This document shows, one piece after another, positions 25,395 to 35,476 of a DNA stretch of 44,899 bases (its first letter is position 1; each line of letters starts with the position of its first letter). The position numbers and the translations under genes are program-made. Where the stretch lies: the IMG/VR virus record IMGVR_UViG_3300022538_000532, positions 1 to 44,899 of that record; one strand, written 5' to 3'. The stretch comes from a virus (Duplodnaviria; Caudoviricetes). The notes below the pieces were generated by a model that saw only the letters and a program-made list of their open reading frames with translations, was not told the DNA's origin and ran no database searches.

Positions 25395-26759
25395 TTATGC
25401 CTCCCCACTGTAATTATAACTAACTCCAAGACTATTAGAAACAGAATTACTATGACTATAACCCTGCGAAAGACTTCTACCATAAGTATCACTAAGATGT
25501 GCACTGGCACTTATTCCAGAAAGTGCGCTTGCCGCTAATTGCGAAGCGATATTAGCGCCAGCTTTAGTAGTTTCAATATTAAGTCCAAGTGCTCCTAAAT
25601 AAGAATTAAGAGTTAACTCCGCTTCTTTTAATGAAAGTTCTGTTCTTGTTCTCTCCTGATCTACCTTACCAAGAAATTCTTTTATCTGCCCATCAAGCAT
25701 AGAAACAGCAACTCTGGTATCAGCTTCATATCCTGCTAATTTAGCAGTATAAATTCTCGCCAAACTTTCTATAATACCAAGTTCACTCTGTACCTGTGCT
25801 CGGTATTTATCAATATCTGCTGAATAAATAGCCGCATTACTTCGATTAGCTTCTGCCTGTGCAGATACTTGAAGCCCTGTAATTTCAACTTCAGTTTTAA
25901 TAACTTCAAGTTTTGCTATTCTTTCCTGAACTTTAGCAGTAAAAATATTAATTAATACCTGAACAGCTGTTTTAGCTGCTTCGAGTGCCCGATTAGAAAC
26001 TGCATTAATATAATCTCTTTCCTGTCCTGAAATCTGAATTCCTGCAGATAAAGAAAACTGTGTTTGTGTCTGAGCAAGTCTTGCCTGTTCAATAGAGATT
26101 TCATAGTTCATTTGATTATTATTTCTATCAATCTCTTCTTGAGTTCTCTGTAATCTTCCTGCTAAAGCTCCTGTAGGTAAATCCCATCCACGAGCAGAAA
26201 AGTATTTCTCAGTCTCTTCATAAAGAGTTTCATTCTGCAATTCCTGTCTTGCTCTTGCTCTACTCCAAATAGCATCCTCTATTTCAGCTCCTAATCCAGT
26301 TCCTCCATTCTGAATCAGATCTAAAAGTTTAACTCCTAAAGCATCTGCGATATCAGAATAAAAAGGAGTCTCCTCAAAATTAAAAGAAGGATTTCCCATT
26401 TCTAAATCTGGAAAAGTAGGAATAGAAATTTCAGGAACTATAATATCATTAATCGCAGGTTTATTAGGAGCAACTGCTGAAATCGAAGTAGAAATATTTG
26501 GATCTTCAGGACGTTGTCCTTCAAGATCACTCCATATATTATCAGGAATTAATTCCTGTTCTGCATATGTAATATCTACTTCCGGCATAGTAGCCGTTGT
26601 AAAAATCTGCCCGAGTAAATCTAAATAATCCTGTGCAGAAGCAAAAGATTCTGTTGCATAATCTTTTGCTAAACTAAATCGCTCATTAACTAAAGCTTCA
26701 GTATCATTAACACCAGGTGTTAATGTCTTTACTGGAACAGCTGCTATAGTTACTGCCAT
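25395..26759 (-). CDS. Putative virion structural protein (long coiled coil)
   Basis: 454 aa; GGTGL...EDAIW.RAR.R segment; structural-arm position. Confidence 0.6.
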   Translation of the reverse strand: MAVTIAAVPVKTLTPGVNDTEALVNERFSLAKDYATESFASAQDYLDLLGQIFTTATMPEVDITYAEQELIPDNIWSDLEGQRPEDPNISTSISAVAPNKPAINDIIVPEISIPTFPDLEMGNPSFNFEETPFYSDIADALGVKLLDLIQNGGTGLGAEIEDAIWSRARARQELQNETLYEETEKYFSARGWDLPTGALAGRLQRTQEEIDRNNNQMNYEISIEQARLAQTQTQFSLSAGIQISGQERDYINAVSNRALEAAKTAVQVLINIFTAKVQERIAKLEVIKTEVEITGLQVSAQAEANRSNAAIYSADIDKYRAQVQSELGIIESLARIYTAKLAGYEADTRVAVSMLDGQIKEFLGKVDQERTRTELSLKEAELTLNSYLGALGLNIETTKAGANIASQLAASALSGISASAHLSDTYGRSLSQGYSHSNSVSNSLGVSYNYSGEA

Positions 26760-26774
26760 ATTACCTCCTAATTA

Positions 26775-28409
26775 TTAACCAATAAAATGCATTTTATCAG
26801 TTTGTTTATACCCTAAAATAATAAAAGATTCAGTACCATCTTCATATGTAGTAACTTCCGTTTCCTGAATAATAACTTTTCCTACTATAGAAGAATCTGC
26901 TATATACAAAGCAGGATCTTGCATGACATTAAGATAAAAATCATCAACAAGAGTATTTACAGCAGATGATAATCCTCTATCTTTAGTAGGATTAAAATAA
27001 TCTACACTTTCAGGATTATCTCCATTATATATATCCCACTTAGCTATTATACCCATCTGAGCATTAGCCGGAGAAGGATTAGTATCATCCCAAGAACATC
27101 CAGCACTTTGTAAAGTACCTGGAATTGCAGGATATTCTGTTGCCATACTTCCTGCCATAGCAAAAGCTATGTATATATGACCTTGCTCAACTTTTGCTAA
27201 ATTCAGAGTAAAACTTCCTCCATTCGGTCCTCCAAGCATTGAAGGCGCACAGTTTCCTCCTGATGTTCCTACTCCAGGATAAGGTATAGTTGGATAACCT
27301 ATCCAATAATCAGATAAATTTGTCAGTAAATTAACTTCAGTTATAGTTCCTAAAGAACAAGTAACTTTATATTCCCTATAATAATTATTATACCAACTTT
27401 GAAATGGCATAACCGCAGTTTCTGGAGTACTTCCATAATCATGATCACTTCCATGTTCACCATAAGTAGTGTATACAGTATGTATATAACCAAAAGAAAA
27501 ATTAAGATCTGTTTGAGTTTCTAATGAAGTTGATCCACCAACTCTACGCCCAAGTTTTTTATAGTCATCAAGTATTTTCGAGGTATATCTACCTGCTTCT
27601 TCAGGATAAGGATCAACATTTAAAAATCTGTATCTTGTTGCTTCAGCAGAATAAGCACAATGCGTTTCTATTAAATCTGAAGCTGATGCATGACAATTTT
27701 GGCTGCAACTAGGAGGAGTAACAAGATTAATAGTATTCGGATATTCCTCATCAATTTCAAATTCTTGTCCTGCACTTTCACTTCCTGAACGATACCTAAA
27801 TCTATATATATCATCTAAATAATCAGAAGAAGTATTCAACCATATACATAAGGGATAATTAGCTCCAGGATTTTTATTTCTTTCATCTCTTAAAATCATT
27901 CCCCAAGGAAGTTCAAAAACTTGTTCTCCTATTTGAATGGGATAAAAAATATCTATATTCCATCTATTAAGCATTTCTACCGGTGTAATCCCTGTAAAAA
28001 TAACAGAATCTATTCCATACTTCCCTTCTATCTTAGGATCAAAAAGCAGCAATCTTTGAGGATTAAATCTTTCAGGATCATAAGCGTATTGTCCGCCTTC
28101 AGTAATACCTTCAGGTCTTTCATATACTCCTAAACCAATAAGAAAAACAGGTCTGTTTACTAATCTCTTTTTAATAACTTTCTTTTCTTCTACTGCAGGA
28201 GCATACGGAGTTTTTATCCAAACAGTATCAATCCCGAATATACTTTCACATACTATCCGACTACCATCAGGATAATCAGTAACTCGACTTAACTGCTTTA
28301 ACTCTTGAAACCTCATAGCATTATACAGAATAAATAACTGCCTATTAGCTTCTCCAATAAGAGTCTTACCTTTATTAATATCTCCAATGAATCTATAACT
28401 TACGGCCAT
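26775..28409 (-). CDS. Putative tail / receptor-binding protein
   Basis: 544 aa; conserved-looking N-terminus followed by a Tyr/Gly/Ser-rich variable region. Confidence 0.5.
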   Translation of the reverse strand: MAVSYRFIGDINKGKTLIGEANRQLFILYNAMRFQELKQLSRVTDYPDGSRIVCESIFGIDTVWIKTPYAPAVEEKKVIKKRLVNRPVFLIGLGVYERPEGITEGGQYAYDPERFNPQRLLLFDPKIEGKYGIDSVIFTGITPVEMLNRWNIDIFYPIQIGEQVFELPWGMILRDERNKNPGANYPLCIWLNTSSDYLDDIYRFRYRSGSESAGQEFEIDEEYPNTINLVTPPSCSQNCHASASDLIETHCAYSAEATRYRFLNVDPYPEEAGRYTSKILDDYKKLGRRVGGSTSLETQTDLNFSFGYIHTVYTTYGEHGSDHDYGSTPETAVMPFQSWYNNYYREYKVTCSLGTITEVNLLTNLSDYWIGYPTIPYPGVGTSGGNCAPSMLGGPNGGSFTLNLAKVEQGHIYIAFAMAGSMATEYPAIPGTLQSAGCSWDDTNPSPANAQMGIIAKWDIYNGDNPESVDYFNPTKDRGLSSAVNTLVDDFYLNVMQDPALYIADSSIVGKVIIQETEVTTYEDGTESFIILGYKQTDKMHFIG

Positions 28410-28421
28410 TTAAGTAACCTT

Positions 28422-28441
28422 ATCAAAAATTGACTTTTCTT
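28422..28441 (-). promoter_or_regulatory. Dispersed 20-bp motif, copy 11
   Basis: Reverse complement AAGAAAAGTCAATTTTTGAT, at gene boundary. Confidence 0.75.
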
Positions 28442-29228
28442 AATCGGTTAATAAGCTTGTGAGTACAGGAAGTTTTATATTAATTGAACCTCTAACTTCA
28501 TAATCATCTTCGTATTTTAAAGCTTCGCAAATTAAAAATCTATCTGTTGTTGATATAAGATTAGATTTAAAACTTGGTAATGTTATATTAATTTCAGCAT
28601 TTACTGAGGAATATAATAAACCTGAAAATTTAAAAGCTGGAAGAGTAGCAGAAACATTTGCAAGTTTACCTACTTTACCTTGCAGAGAAGAGTATAAAGA
28701 AGGTAAAGTAAAACTTATATCTCCTATTTGATTAATTGTTGCTGCACCAGAAAACCTAAAAGTAGGGAGAGTTTGAGAGATACTTCCTATACTTCCAATA
28801 GTTAAATTTCTGGAAGTAACAAAAGCAGGTAAATTAAAGTTAGCTTGTGAACCACTTTTTAGACTACTTGCAAATACAGGTAAAGTAATACTACTTGATA
28901 TTCCACGTGAATTAAGTTCTCCATTACTACTAAAACGTGGAAGAGTAAAATTTACGTTCATGTAATAAATTTGGTGAGCTTGTGCTTCCCAAGTAAAAGC
29001 AGGAATAGTAAAATTAGTCTGCGCACCTATTTGTCCTTCAACAGTAAAACTTGGAAGTGTTACATTACAAATGGCTCCGTTTTGTAATTGTGCACTTATA
29101 ACAGGTAAAGTAAAAGTAATTCCATCACCATAGAACATCTCAAAATCTACCTCGTTATAATTCGGAGGCGATTCCGTACTGTAAATCTCAAAATTTACAT
29201 TATTACTGGCAGGAGGAGTATAACTCAT
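28440..29228 (-). CDS. Repeat-containing virion protein (xTLPxF repeats)
   Basis: About 11 copies of (I/V/A)x(F/V/I)TLPxF-like units. Confidence 0.6.
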   Translation of the reverse strand: MSYTPPASNNVNFEIYSTESPPNYNEVDFEMFYGDGITFTLPVISAQLQNGAICNVTLPSFTVEGQIGAQTNFTIPAFTWEAQAHQIYYMNVNFTLPRFSSNGELNSRGISSSITLPVFASSLKSGSQANFNLPAFVTSRNLTIGSIGSISQTLPTFRFSGAATINQIGDISFTLPSLYSSLQGKVGKLANVSATLPAFKFSGLLYSSVNAEINITLPSFKSNLISTTDRFLICEALKYEDDYEVRGSINIKLPVLTSLLTD

Positions 29229-29524
29229 ATCGCAGATCCTATAACGTGGGGAACTAATTTACTAATTTCACTATCAAAATGATTATTTCTTGTAACCATT
29301 ACACTATAAGTATCATTCGGTGAACCTGCAACTTGAAATTCATATGTTCCATCTACCTCACTTGAAAATGTAGTTGATATAATTTCTTTTGCCGCATCGT
29401 CTATAAGTAGCAACTTTCGCCTTACACCAACTGAAACTTTTTCAACAATACCTGAAATAGTTATATATTCTAAATTACCAAATAAAGGAGCTTGTATTAT
29501 AATCTTGCCATTATAATCAGCCAT
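29225..29524 (-). CDS. Putative tail-associated beta-sandwich protein
   Basis: ISG.V....V.R...L...T.S...DG.Y.F pattern. Confidence 0.5.
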   Translation of the reverse strand: MADYNGKIIIQAPLFGNLEYITISGIVEKVSVGVRRKLLLIDDAAKEIISTTFSSEVDGTYEFQVAGSPNDTYSVMVTRNNHFDSEISKLVPHVIGSAI

Positions 29525-29526
29525 TT

Positions 29527-30570
29527 TTATACCTCTTTTACTGCAAGTCTTATATTACTAAACTGCTCAAAAATTCTATATATATCACTATTTTCTGCAA
29601 TAGTATTATGATGAGTTAAGGCTGCATCTACAATATAAAGATTTCGGTATTTTCCATATACTGCTTTCTTATTTGTTGCAGTAGAATATAAATACATCTC
29701 ATTCATACATATAAGTGATTCATAATCACCAGGTGCTATATAATCATATAAATTAATAAAAGTGGGTGTTGATAATGCAGATGTTGTAACAACAGTACCA
29801 TCTACATTAACCAATGGCTTAAATTGATTAGTTTTTAAATTACCAACTGCTGTGAGGCCATAACAAAACAATCGACAAACACGAGCATTAGCAGAATAAC
29901 TATTTATTAAATCTGCTGTAAAATTCTTAGATCCTGGCGTTGCTGTTTTAATTGTTGTGATTTCAAGATCGGCCTCGTCCATTACCATTATTTTATTATC
30001 GACGATCCAATCTGATGGGAATGTTATATCAACAGTAATACTGATGTCGCTTCCAGAAGATAACGCACCTGTTACTGCTCCAACATCATCTGAAAAATGA
30101 ACAGCTTCTAATTTTCCAATATAACAGCCATATTTATATGTAGTTGCCCTATCTGCAGTTACAATAAAGGAAGTTAAATCTCCCCAACAACTAAAGTTAT
30201 AAGCATTTGTAGCATAAAAAGTCATCAATGCCGCAGATGCAGCATATTTATTTACGCCTGCATGAGTTGAATTATTCCAATACATATAACCTTCTGCATA
30301 AATATTAATAGCATTTTGGGCAATAAGTTTTATGTAAATCTGCTCATTTCCGCTTTCGCCAACTGATTTAAGAACATACCAATCAGCATTAGTAATATTA
30401 TCTTCATCTACTGAATATGACGAATCATGTAATGTCCAACCAATACCAGTTATTGAATAGTCATAAGTACCATTTCTTTTACACACGAAATCACGAATCC
30501 TCTGAAAGAACTCATGTGCCGGATTTGCTTGACTTGCTACAGAAACATTCCTTATATTTGCATAAGACAT
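29527..30570 (-). CDS. Putative tail fibre / virion protein
   Basis: 347 aa, beta-rich, GW motif near N-terminus, structural arm. Confidence 0.5.
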   Translation of the reverse strand: MSYANIRNVSVASQANPAHEFFQRIRDFVCKRNGTYDYSITGIGWTLHDSSYSVDEDNITNADWYVLKSVGESGNEQIYIKLIAQNAINIYAEGYMYWNNSTHAGVNKYAASAALMTFYATNAYNFSCWGDLTSFIVTADRATTYKYGCYIGKLEAVHFSDDVGAVTGALSSGSDISITVDITFPSDWIVDNKIMVMDEADLEITTIKTATPGSKNFTADLINSYSANARVCRLFCYGLTAVGNLKTNQFKPLVNVDGTVVTTSALSTPTFINLYDYIAPGDYESLICMNEMYLYSTATNKKAVYGKYRNLYIVDAALTHHNTIAENSDIYRIFEQFSNIRLAVKEV

Positions 30571-30571
30571 A

Positions 30572-31042
30572 TTATATCCTCGGTTTTTTATTCAGTATTA
30601 TAGGTAAAATATCTATACTATCAATAGCAAAACTGCTTCCATTTACATTAGAAATCTTTATACTCCAGTACCTTCCTTGAGCATCTCGTCTACCATTAAC
30701 TTTATTACTTCCTTGCCTATTCCATTTGTGGTAAGGAAGGTTATAAACCTTTACATTATCCTCATCAGAAAAAGTTGTGAGTTCTAAATCTCCTTTTGTC
30801 TCATAACCGATATAGATAGAGCGAATTCTTTTAAGATTTTCCACGCCCCAATCACTCGTAAGTAATTTAAAAGATGCTTGAATAGCTGATCCAGCATCAG
30901 TTGTCCCTTCAAGAGAATACAAACCATTTTCAGATGCTGCAATTACAGTCCCATTAAATTCACAAAAAGAATTGAAATTAAAATTACAATATTGTGTAAC
31001 TGCAAGATTAGAAACTTCCATTACTAAAGTTTTATAATTCAT
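30572..31042 (-). CDS. Putative virion structural protein
   Basis: 156-aa ORF in structural operon. Confidence 0.6.
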   Translation of the reverse strand: MNYKTLVMEVSNLAVTQYCNFNFNSFCEFNGTVIAASENGLYSLEGTTDAGSAIQASFKLLTSDWGVENLKRIRSIYIGYETKGDLELTTFSDEDNVKVYNLPYHKWNRQGSNKVNGRRDAQGRYWSIKISNVNGSSFAIDSIDILPIILNKKPRI

Positions 31043-31066
31043 AATATCTCCGAAGGGACAAAAGAT

Positions 31067-31777
31067 TTAAGCCGCAGGAAGTGTTATATTATGCACATCT
31101 AATGTAGTTGTAGCACTTGTTGTTATTGTAGTTGAGGACATAACAAACTCTGTCCCTGATGTTCCACAAGCTCCCTGCATTCTAACAGCAGTTGTTGAAG
31201 CACCAGTTACTTCACCATTATCATAAACTCGATAATAACCTGCAGTTCCATCAGCAAGACCAACTCCAGAATGTGTAGAAGATTCTTTACTTAAAACACC
31301 TGAAGCAATCGCATCAAAATTACAACCGTTTGTAGCTGTTCCTGGGGTTACTGTTCCTGAAGCTAAAGTAATCTTTAAAAGTAAAGTGCTTGTTTCTGCA
31401 GCATCTGCGTCAGCTGGAGCACTTCCTGAATAAACTCTTATAACATGATTCTTAAAAACCTGTTTAAATGCTTTACCTTCAGCTGTTATTGTAACCGTTT
31501 CTCCAGCTGCATCATCAACCAATGTTACTCCTGCAATAACCATTTCACTGCCATCAGAAACTATACTTGTAACAGTTGCTTGGTCATTATTTGCAGCAGT
31601 ACCGGTAAATCCTGAAATAGTAATTGAATCTCCAGGTCTAAATCCTGCTGTAAAAAGACCATTTCCAGAATCTGTGATCTTATTCCCACTCGCAACAGCA
31701 GCAAGAGTATCAGCAGTAATTGTTGATTGCTTTCCAAGTAATGCATTTCTTAATCCTGTACTTAATGACTCAGCCAT
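31067..31777 (-). CDS. Putative virion structural protein
   Basis: 236 aa, Thr/Gly/Ala-rich, STGLRN and YSG..PA.AD motifs. Confidence 0.6.
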   Translation of the reverse strand: MAESLSTGLRNALLGKQSTITADTLAAVASGNKITDSGNGLFTAGFRPGDSITISGFTGTAANNDQATVTSIVSDGSEMVIAGVTLVDDAAGETVTITAEGKAFKQVFKNHVIRVYSGSAPADADAAETSTLLLKITLASGTVTPGTATNGCNFDAIASGVLSKESSTHSGVGLADGTAGYYRVYDNGEVTGASTTAVRMQGACGTSGTEFVMSSTTITTSATTTLDVHNITLPAA

Positions 31778-31780
31778 TAT

Positions 31781-32698
31781 TTACTCCTCAATTAAACAAT
31801 AATATTTATCCCCATCAAAGAAATCAATACCACGATTTCCTTCTGGAAGAATTAATTTTTCCTTAGTCAAATTTAAAAACTCTCCATTCGGTCCACCAAG
31901 ACAAATTCCTTTTTTACTACCAAAAAGAATTACTTTTCCTTGAAACTGTCCACCAAGAATATCTTGCCCCTGAATTTCTTTTCCTGTTCCTTCAAGAACC
32001 CCATAAAAAGCAATATCTTCATAGCTAAAATCCTCCGGTCCAGTACCAGAAAGAAAAACAATTCTTTTTTCTGTTCCTATCCAAAATCCCCCTTTTACTT
32101 TCTTTACCATTGTAATTTTTTCTTGAAAAGGAATCCAACCAGAACTGTAATCAAACCAAGAATATGCTCTTGATTCACTATAATAAAGAGCAAAAGAATT
32201 TCCATATTCAACTGCTATATACATTCTACCATTAAATAATTCTAGCAAATAACCTATAGGCGGATCGGAAAAAGTCTTAGTAGTTGCTGGACCGATATAT
32301 TCGGATGCTGCCCAAGAATAAATTACCCCTTTTTCATAATATCCTTTAGTAAATCCATTACAAAAATAAACTCTGCCCATTAATTCTTTATACGAAACTC
32401 TTGCTGTTTCATGAATAGAAATTAAAGAAGTAAAAGAAAAATCATTCCCAAGAATTCCTAAGTAACCATCCTTAACTACTAAAGCTATTTCCCCTAAAGA
32501 ATAAAGACTATGAAAATGCCCTGAAGCTTTCTGAATAAATCCTTTTCTTGTAGAAATTCTTCCTGTACTATCTATATCTACATTAACTGCAGAAGCAAGT
32601 TCACTAATTCCAGTCTCCGGATTAAATTTAAGTCTTACTGGATCAACTTTATTATTAATCCCACTTGTTCCTGAAAATATTTTAATTGTATCAGTCAT
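31781..32698 (-). CDS. Putative tail nozzle/stabilisation protein
   Basis: Start moved to MTDTIK (TAATG coupling); GINN...A.NVDID..G....RKG; beta-propeller-like; follows adaptor. Confidence 0.5.
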   Translation of the reverse strand: MTDTIKIFSGTSGINNKVDPVRLKFNPETGISELASAVNVDIDSTGRISTRKGFIQKASGHFHSLYSLGEIALVVKDGYLGILGNDFSFTSLISIHETARVSYKELMGRVYFCNGFTKGYYEKGVIYSWAASEYIGPATTKTFSDPPIGYLLELFNGRMYIAVEYGNSFALYYSESRAYSWFDYSSGWIPFQEKITMVKKVKGGFWIGTEKRIVFLSGTGPEDFSYEDIAFYGVLEGTGKEIQGQDILGGQFQGKVILFGSKKGICLGGPNGEFLNLTKEKLILPEGNRGIDFFDGDKYYCLIEE

Positions 32699-33336
32699 TA
32701 TACATTCCATACACTACTGATATAATGTTGCCTGTTCTTAGCTACCCAAGCTCTTAAATCAGCAATAGCACTAAAAAACTGCCCTTTATGATAATGAGTA
32801 TTTATCTTCTCCCCTTCTATACCATCTTCTATCTCAGTAAAAATCCTTCCTGCAACTCCATGAGCAAATAATCTCTCATGGAGATGAGGAGGAAAATCAC
32901 TTGGCTCATTACTATCTGAACTCAATTCTGAAGGATTCTTATAATAAATAACAGTAAGAGAAGTTGCTGTCGCAGGTACTTTTTGATACCATAAAATATA
33001 TCCTTCAAGAGCTACTGCCTCCACACTTCCACTACTATCAAAATCCGGATAAGCAGTCATTAACGTATCAAGACTCGAGTATATAGTCACAGCTTCTGCG
33101 TTACTCGTAAATACTCTTTTAAGAACCCCAGAAAATCCTCCACTCAATCCAGTAAGAGTAGTATATGCCTGCCCTTCAACAGTATTAACTACATCATAGC
33201 TTTTAAGAGTTGGCAAGTTTACAAGACCAGCCACATAATAAAGCACTTCATTAATGTAGCTATTTATAGCATCATCGGTGTAACTACTATCAGCAATAAA
33301 ACCTTTAATTCTTTCTCTTAACGTACTTAAATTCAT
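32698..33336 (-). CDS. Putative head-tail adaptor
   Basis: L..LR.....I...IN helix start, Y...P..L....EP...P...H pattern; position after capsid genes. Confidence 0.55.
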   Translation of the reverse strand: MNLSTLRERIKGFIADSSYTDDAINSYINEVLYYVAGLVNLPTLKSYDVVNTVEGQAYTTLTGLSGGFSGVLKRVFTSNAEAVTIYSSLDTLMTAYPDFDSSGSVEAVALEGYILWYQKVPATATSLTVIYYKNPSELSSDSNEPSDFPPHLHERLFAHGVAGRIFTEIEDGIEGEKINTHYHKGQFFSAIADLRAWVAKNRQHYISSVWNV

Positions 33337-33355
33337 AAATCCTCCAGAACTTAAT

Positions 33356-33375
33356 CAGAAACGTCAATAATTAAC
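33356..33375 (+). promoter_or_regulatory. Dispersed 20-bp motif, copy 12
   Basis: CAGAAACGTCAATAATTAAC, intergenic. Confidence 0.75.
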
Positions 33376-33377
33376 GT

Positions 33378-33929
33378 CTAAGCAAGAGCTGTTACAGCAA
33401 TTTCAATTGGAATTTCACTAATAAGTAAATGTAATCTACCTGTTCCGGCAGTGATTGCAGAAGCACTGGTTATAGTTGTGTAGATTACAGGGATTGAAGG
33501 ACTATCAGCTTCAGGATCTCCACAGACAATTATATTTGCATCATCATCTGAAGTACCCGCAGCTGCTTCTGTAAGCCAGGCTCCGCCAGTTGGGAATTGA
33601 AGAGTAGTAACTGTTAAAGGAATATCTCCGGTTTCATAGAACTGGTTGTTATCTACTACTGTAATATCTCCGGAGACAGCAAACTCAGAAGCGATAGTTC
33701 CTGTTCCTATAAGAATATCTGCACCTGTTGTCCAAGCGGCAATACCTTCCCAGCAAATATTATGAATCTGAAGCATCTTTCCGTACTTAGTAGAAGGGAA
33801 AGAGAAAAGTAAAGCACCAAGATCATCTGCAGTAAAATCAACTATATCAGATGTAATCCAATAAGGATTATGCCGAATATTACTTCGAACATCTGCTCGG
33901 CGAAGATCCTGCATTGTAATTGTAGCCAT
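33378..33929 (-). CDS. Putative capsid-associated protein
   Basis: 183 aa, AAGGAG RBS, downstream of MCP. Confidence 0.55.
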   Translation of the reverse strand: MATITMQDLRRADVRSNIRHNPYWITSDIVDFTADDLGALLFSFPSTKYGKMLQIHNICWEGIAAWTTGADILIGTGTIASEFAVSGDITVVDNNQFYETGDIPLTVTTLQFPTGGAWLTEAAAGTSDDDANIIVCGDPEADSPSIPVIYTTITSASAITAGTGRLHLLISEIPIEIAVTALA

Positions 33930-33941
33930 GTTTTGTTCTCC

Positions 33942-34328
33942 TTAATAAATTGTTACGTAGTCTATGAAAAGACTAAATACTGCTGTAGCAGCAGTTGTTG
34001 TTACAGTAACGACTGCACCTCTGTCAAAGTAACCTCCTTCAGCATACTTAGCATCGTCGTTAATAGAGGAAATTGTACCTACTGCAGAAAGTGCTGCTGC
34101 TGAAAAAAAAGCATCTGCATCAGTTCCTGCTGCTCCATCATAACCTACGTCAATTACACCATCTGCATCGAGAGTAGTTACGTTAATAGTAATTGATTTA
34201 ACGAAGGTTTTAGGTGGAATTCTGAATACTTGAAAAACATCAGCATCAGTAGGAGTACTTATAACTCTGCTCTTAGCAAAACGATGGTGATCTGAAATTG
34301 CTCTGCTTAAAATATCATGAGTTGGCAT
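33942..34328 (-). CDS. Putative capsid decoration/cement protein
   Basis: 128 aa directly after MCP; IP...V......IDVG......D.DAF jelly-roll-like pattern. Confidence 0.55.
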   Translation of the reverse strand: MPTHDILSRAISDHHRFAKSRVISTPTDADVFQVFRIPPKTFVKSITINVTTLDADGVIDVGYDGAAGTDADAFFSAAALSAVGTISSINDDAKYAEGGYFDRGAVVTVTTTAATAVFSLFIDYVTIY

Positions 34329-34346
34329 TATTTAATTTACCTCCTA

Positions 34347-35450
34347 TTAAGAAATCGGAGCAGCATAAGCAGAACCTGTAATCATTCCATAGTCCTTAGC
34401 CGTTGTTGCATCGCCTTTAGTTGTATTAAAACGAGTCTTCTTCATACCGAAGATAGATTCACCACGAAAGTTAAGATAACGTTTTGCATCTGCTTCATAA
34501 GGAACAAAGCCCATTGTAGTGGATTTATTCTCACCAGCTCCGCCCCATGCCCAGCAAGCACTTTGAGCACCCAGAAGAATTATGCGATAAACACCTGCAT
34601 TTCCAGAGTCCTGAACAGTCTGCGGAACACGTTCTGATTTGGAAATCAGCATTCCATTATATTCAATCTCAACTTCAGGCATCTGAAGTTTCTGTGCCTG
34701 ACGAAGAATATCTCCCCATTGAGCTACATTTGTATTCTGGCGAAGTTGATCAAAAGCATAATTATGCATGATTACTCGGTATTTATTTTTACCTCCGAGT
34801 TTAAGTGGACGGACTTTGAAGTAACCCTGATCGTTAGTGCCGTAAGGAAGCTCAGCAAGTTGCTTCATTCTATCCAGAAAATGCAAATCAATTACATCTG
34901 CACTTGTTAAGGCTGCCTCGGCAGTTGCTACAACTGTACCGGAATCTTGATTAACAGCAAGATAATGTCCTACATCTGGTGCATCAGGAGCTTGCCCAAA
35001 TACCTGACTAGCTACACGATAATCAGCATTTCCCATTAAAGTATTAATCAGAAATTCACTGAAGAAGTCAGCAAAATAATCCTGAAGAGCTGCTTTACTT
35101 TCAGAGATTAAATCAAACGGAATCCGCTGCTGTTCCATCTTTCCGCCGGAATTGACAGCTTTATTAATTTCTTCAATAGTCATTTTGAAGTCTCTAAAGC
35201 GAAGTTCTTCCTCAGTTCCTTCTACGGTATCTCTACCAACGATTGGATCGCCAGTAAGAGGCAGACGAATAGGAAAGGTAATTTGATCTCCTTCTCCTTT
35301 TCCAAGTTCAGTTCTAGATTGTACTATTGCTGTATCCCCAGTTCCAATAAGATAATTAAATTCAACTTCCGGAAGCAGGACTTTAAATAAGTCCTTTGCC
35401 CACCGCTTTCTGGTAATTGGATCATTTGTAAGTATTTGTGTCTCAGCCAT
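34347..35450 (-). CDS. Major capsid protein (N4-gp56/DUF4043-like)
   Basis: ELGKGEGD.ITF, VEG.EE.L, MEQQR, LLGAQ.A..AWG, FG.KKTRF, DYG.I. Confidence 0.85.
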   Translation of the reverse strand: MAETQILTNDPITRKRWAKDLFKVLLPEVEFNYLIGTGDTAIVQSRTELGKGEGDQITFPIRLPLTGDPIVGRDTVEGTEEELRFRDFKMTIEEINKAVNSGGKMEQQRIPFDLISESKAALQDYFADFFSEFLINTLMGNADYRVASQVFGQAPDAPDVGHYLAVNQDSGTVVATAEAALTSADVIDLHFLDRMKQLAELPYGTNDQGYFKVRPLKLGGKNKYRVIMHNYAFDQLRQNTNVAQWGDILRQAQKLQMPEVEIEYNGMLISKSERVPQTVQDSGNAGVYRIILLGAQSACWAWGGAGENKSTTMGFVPYEADAKRYLNFRGESIFGMKKTRFNTTKGDATTAKDYGMITGSAYAAPIS

Positions 35451-35476
35451 CTTAATTCCTTTCGTTGTTTATTACT

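Noticed and set aside
26775-30570. Diversity-generating retroelement or invertible tail-fibre cassette
   Set aside because: No reverse transcriptase or invertase, and no TR/VR repeat pair was noticed.
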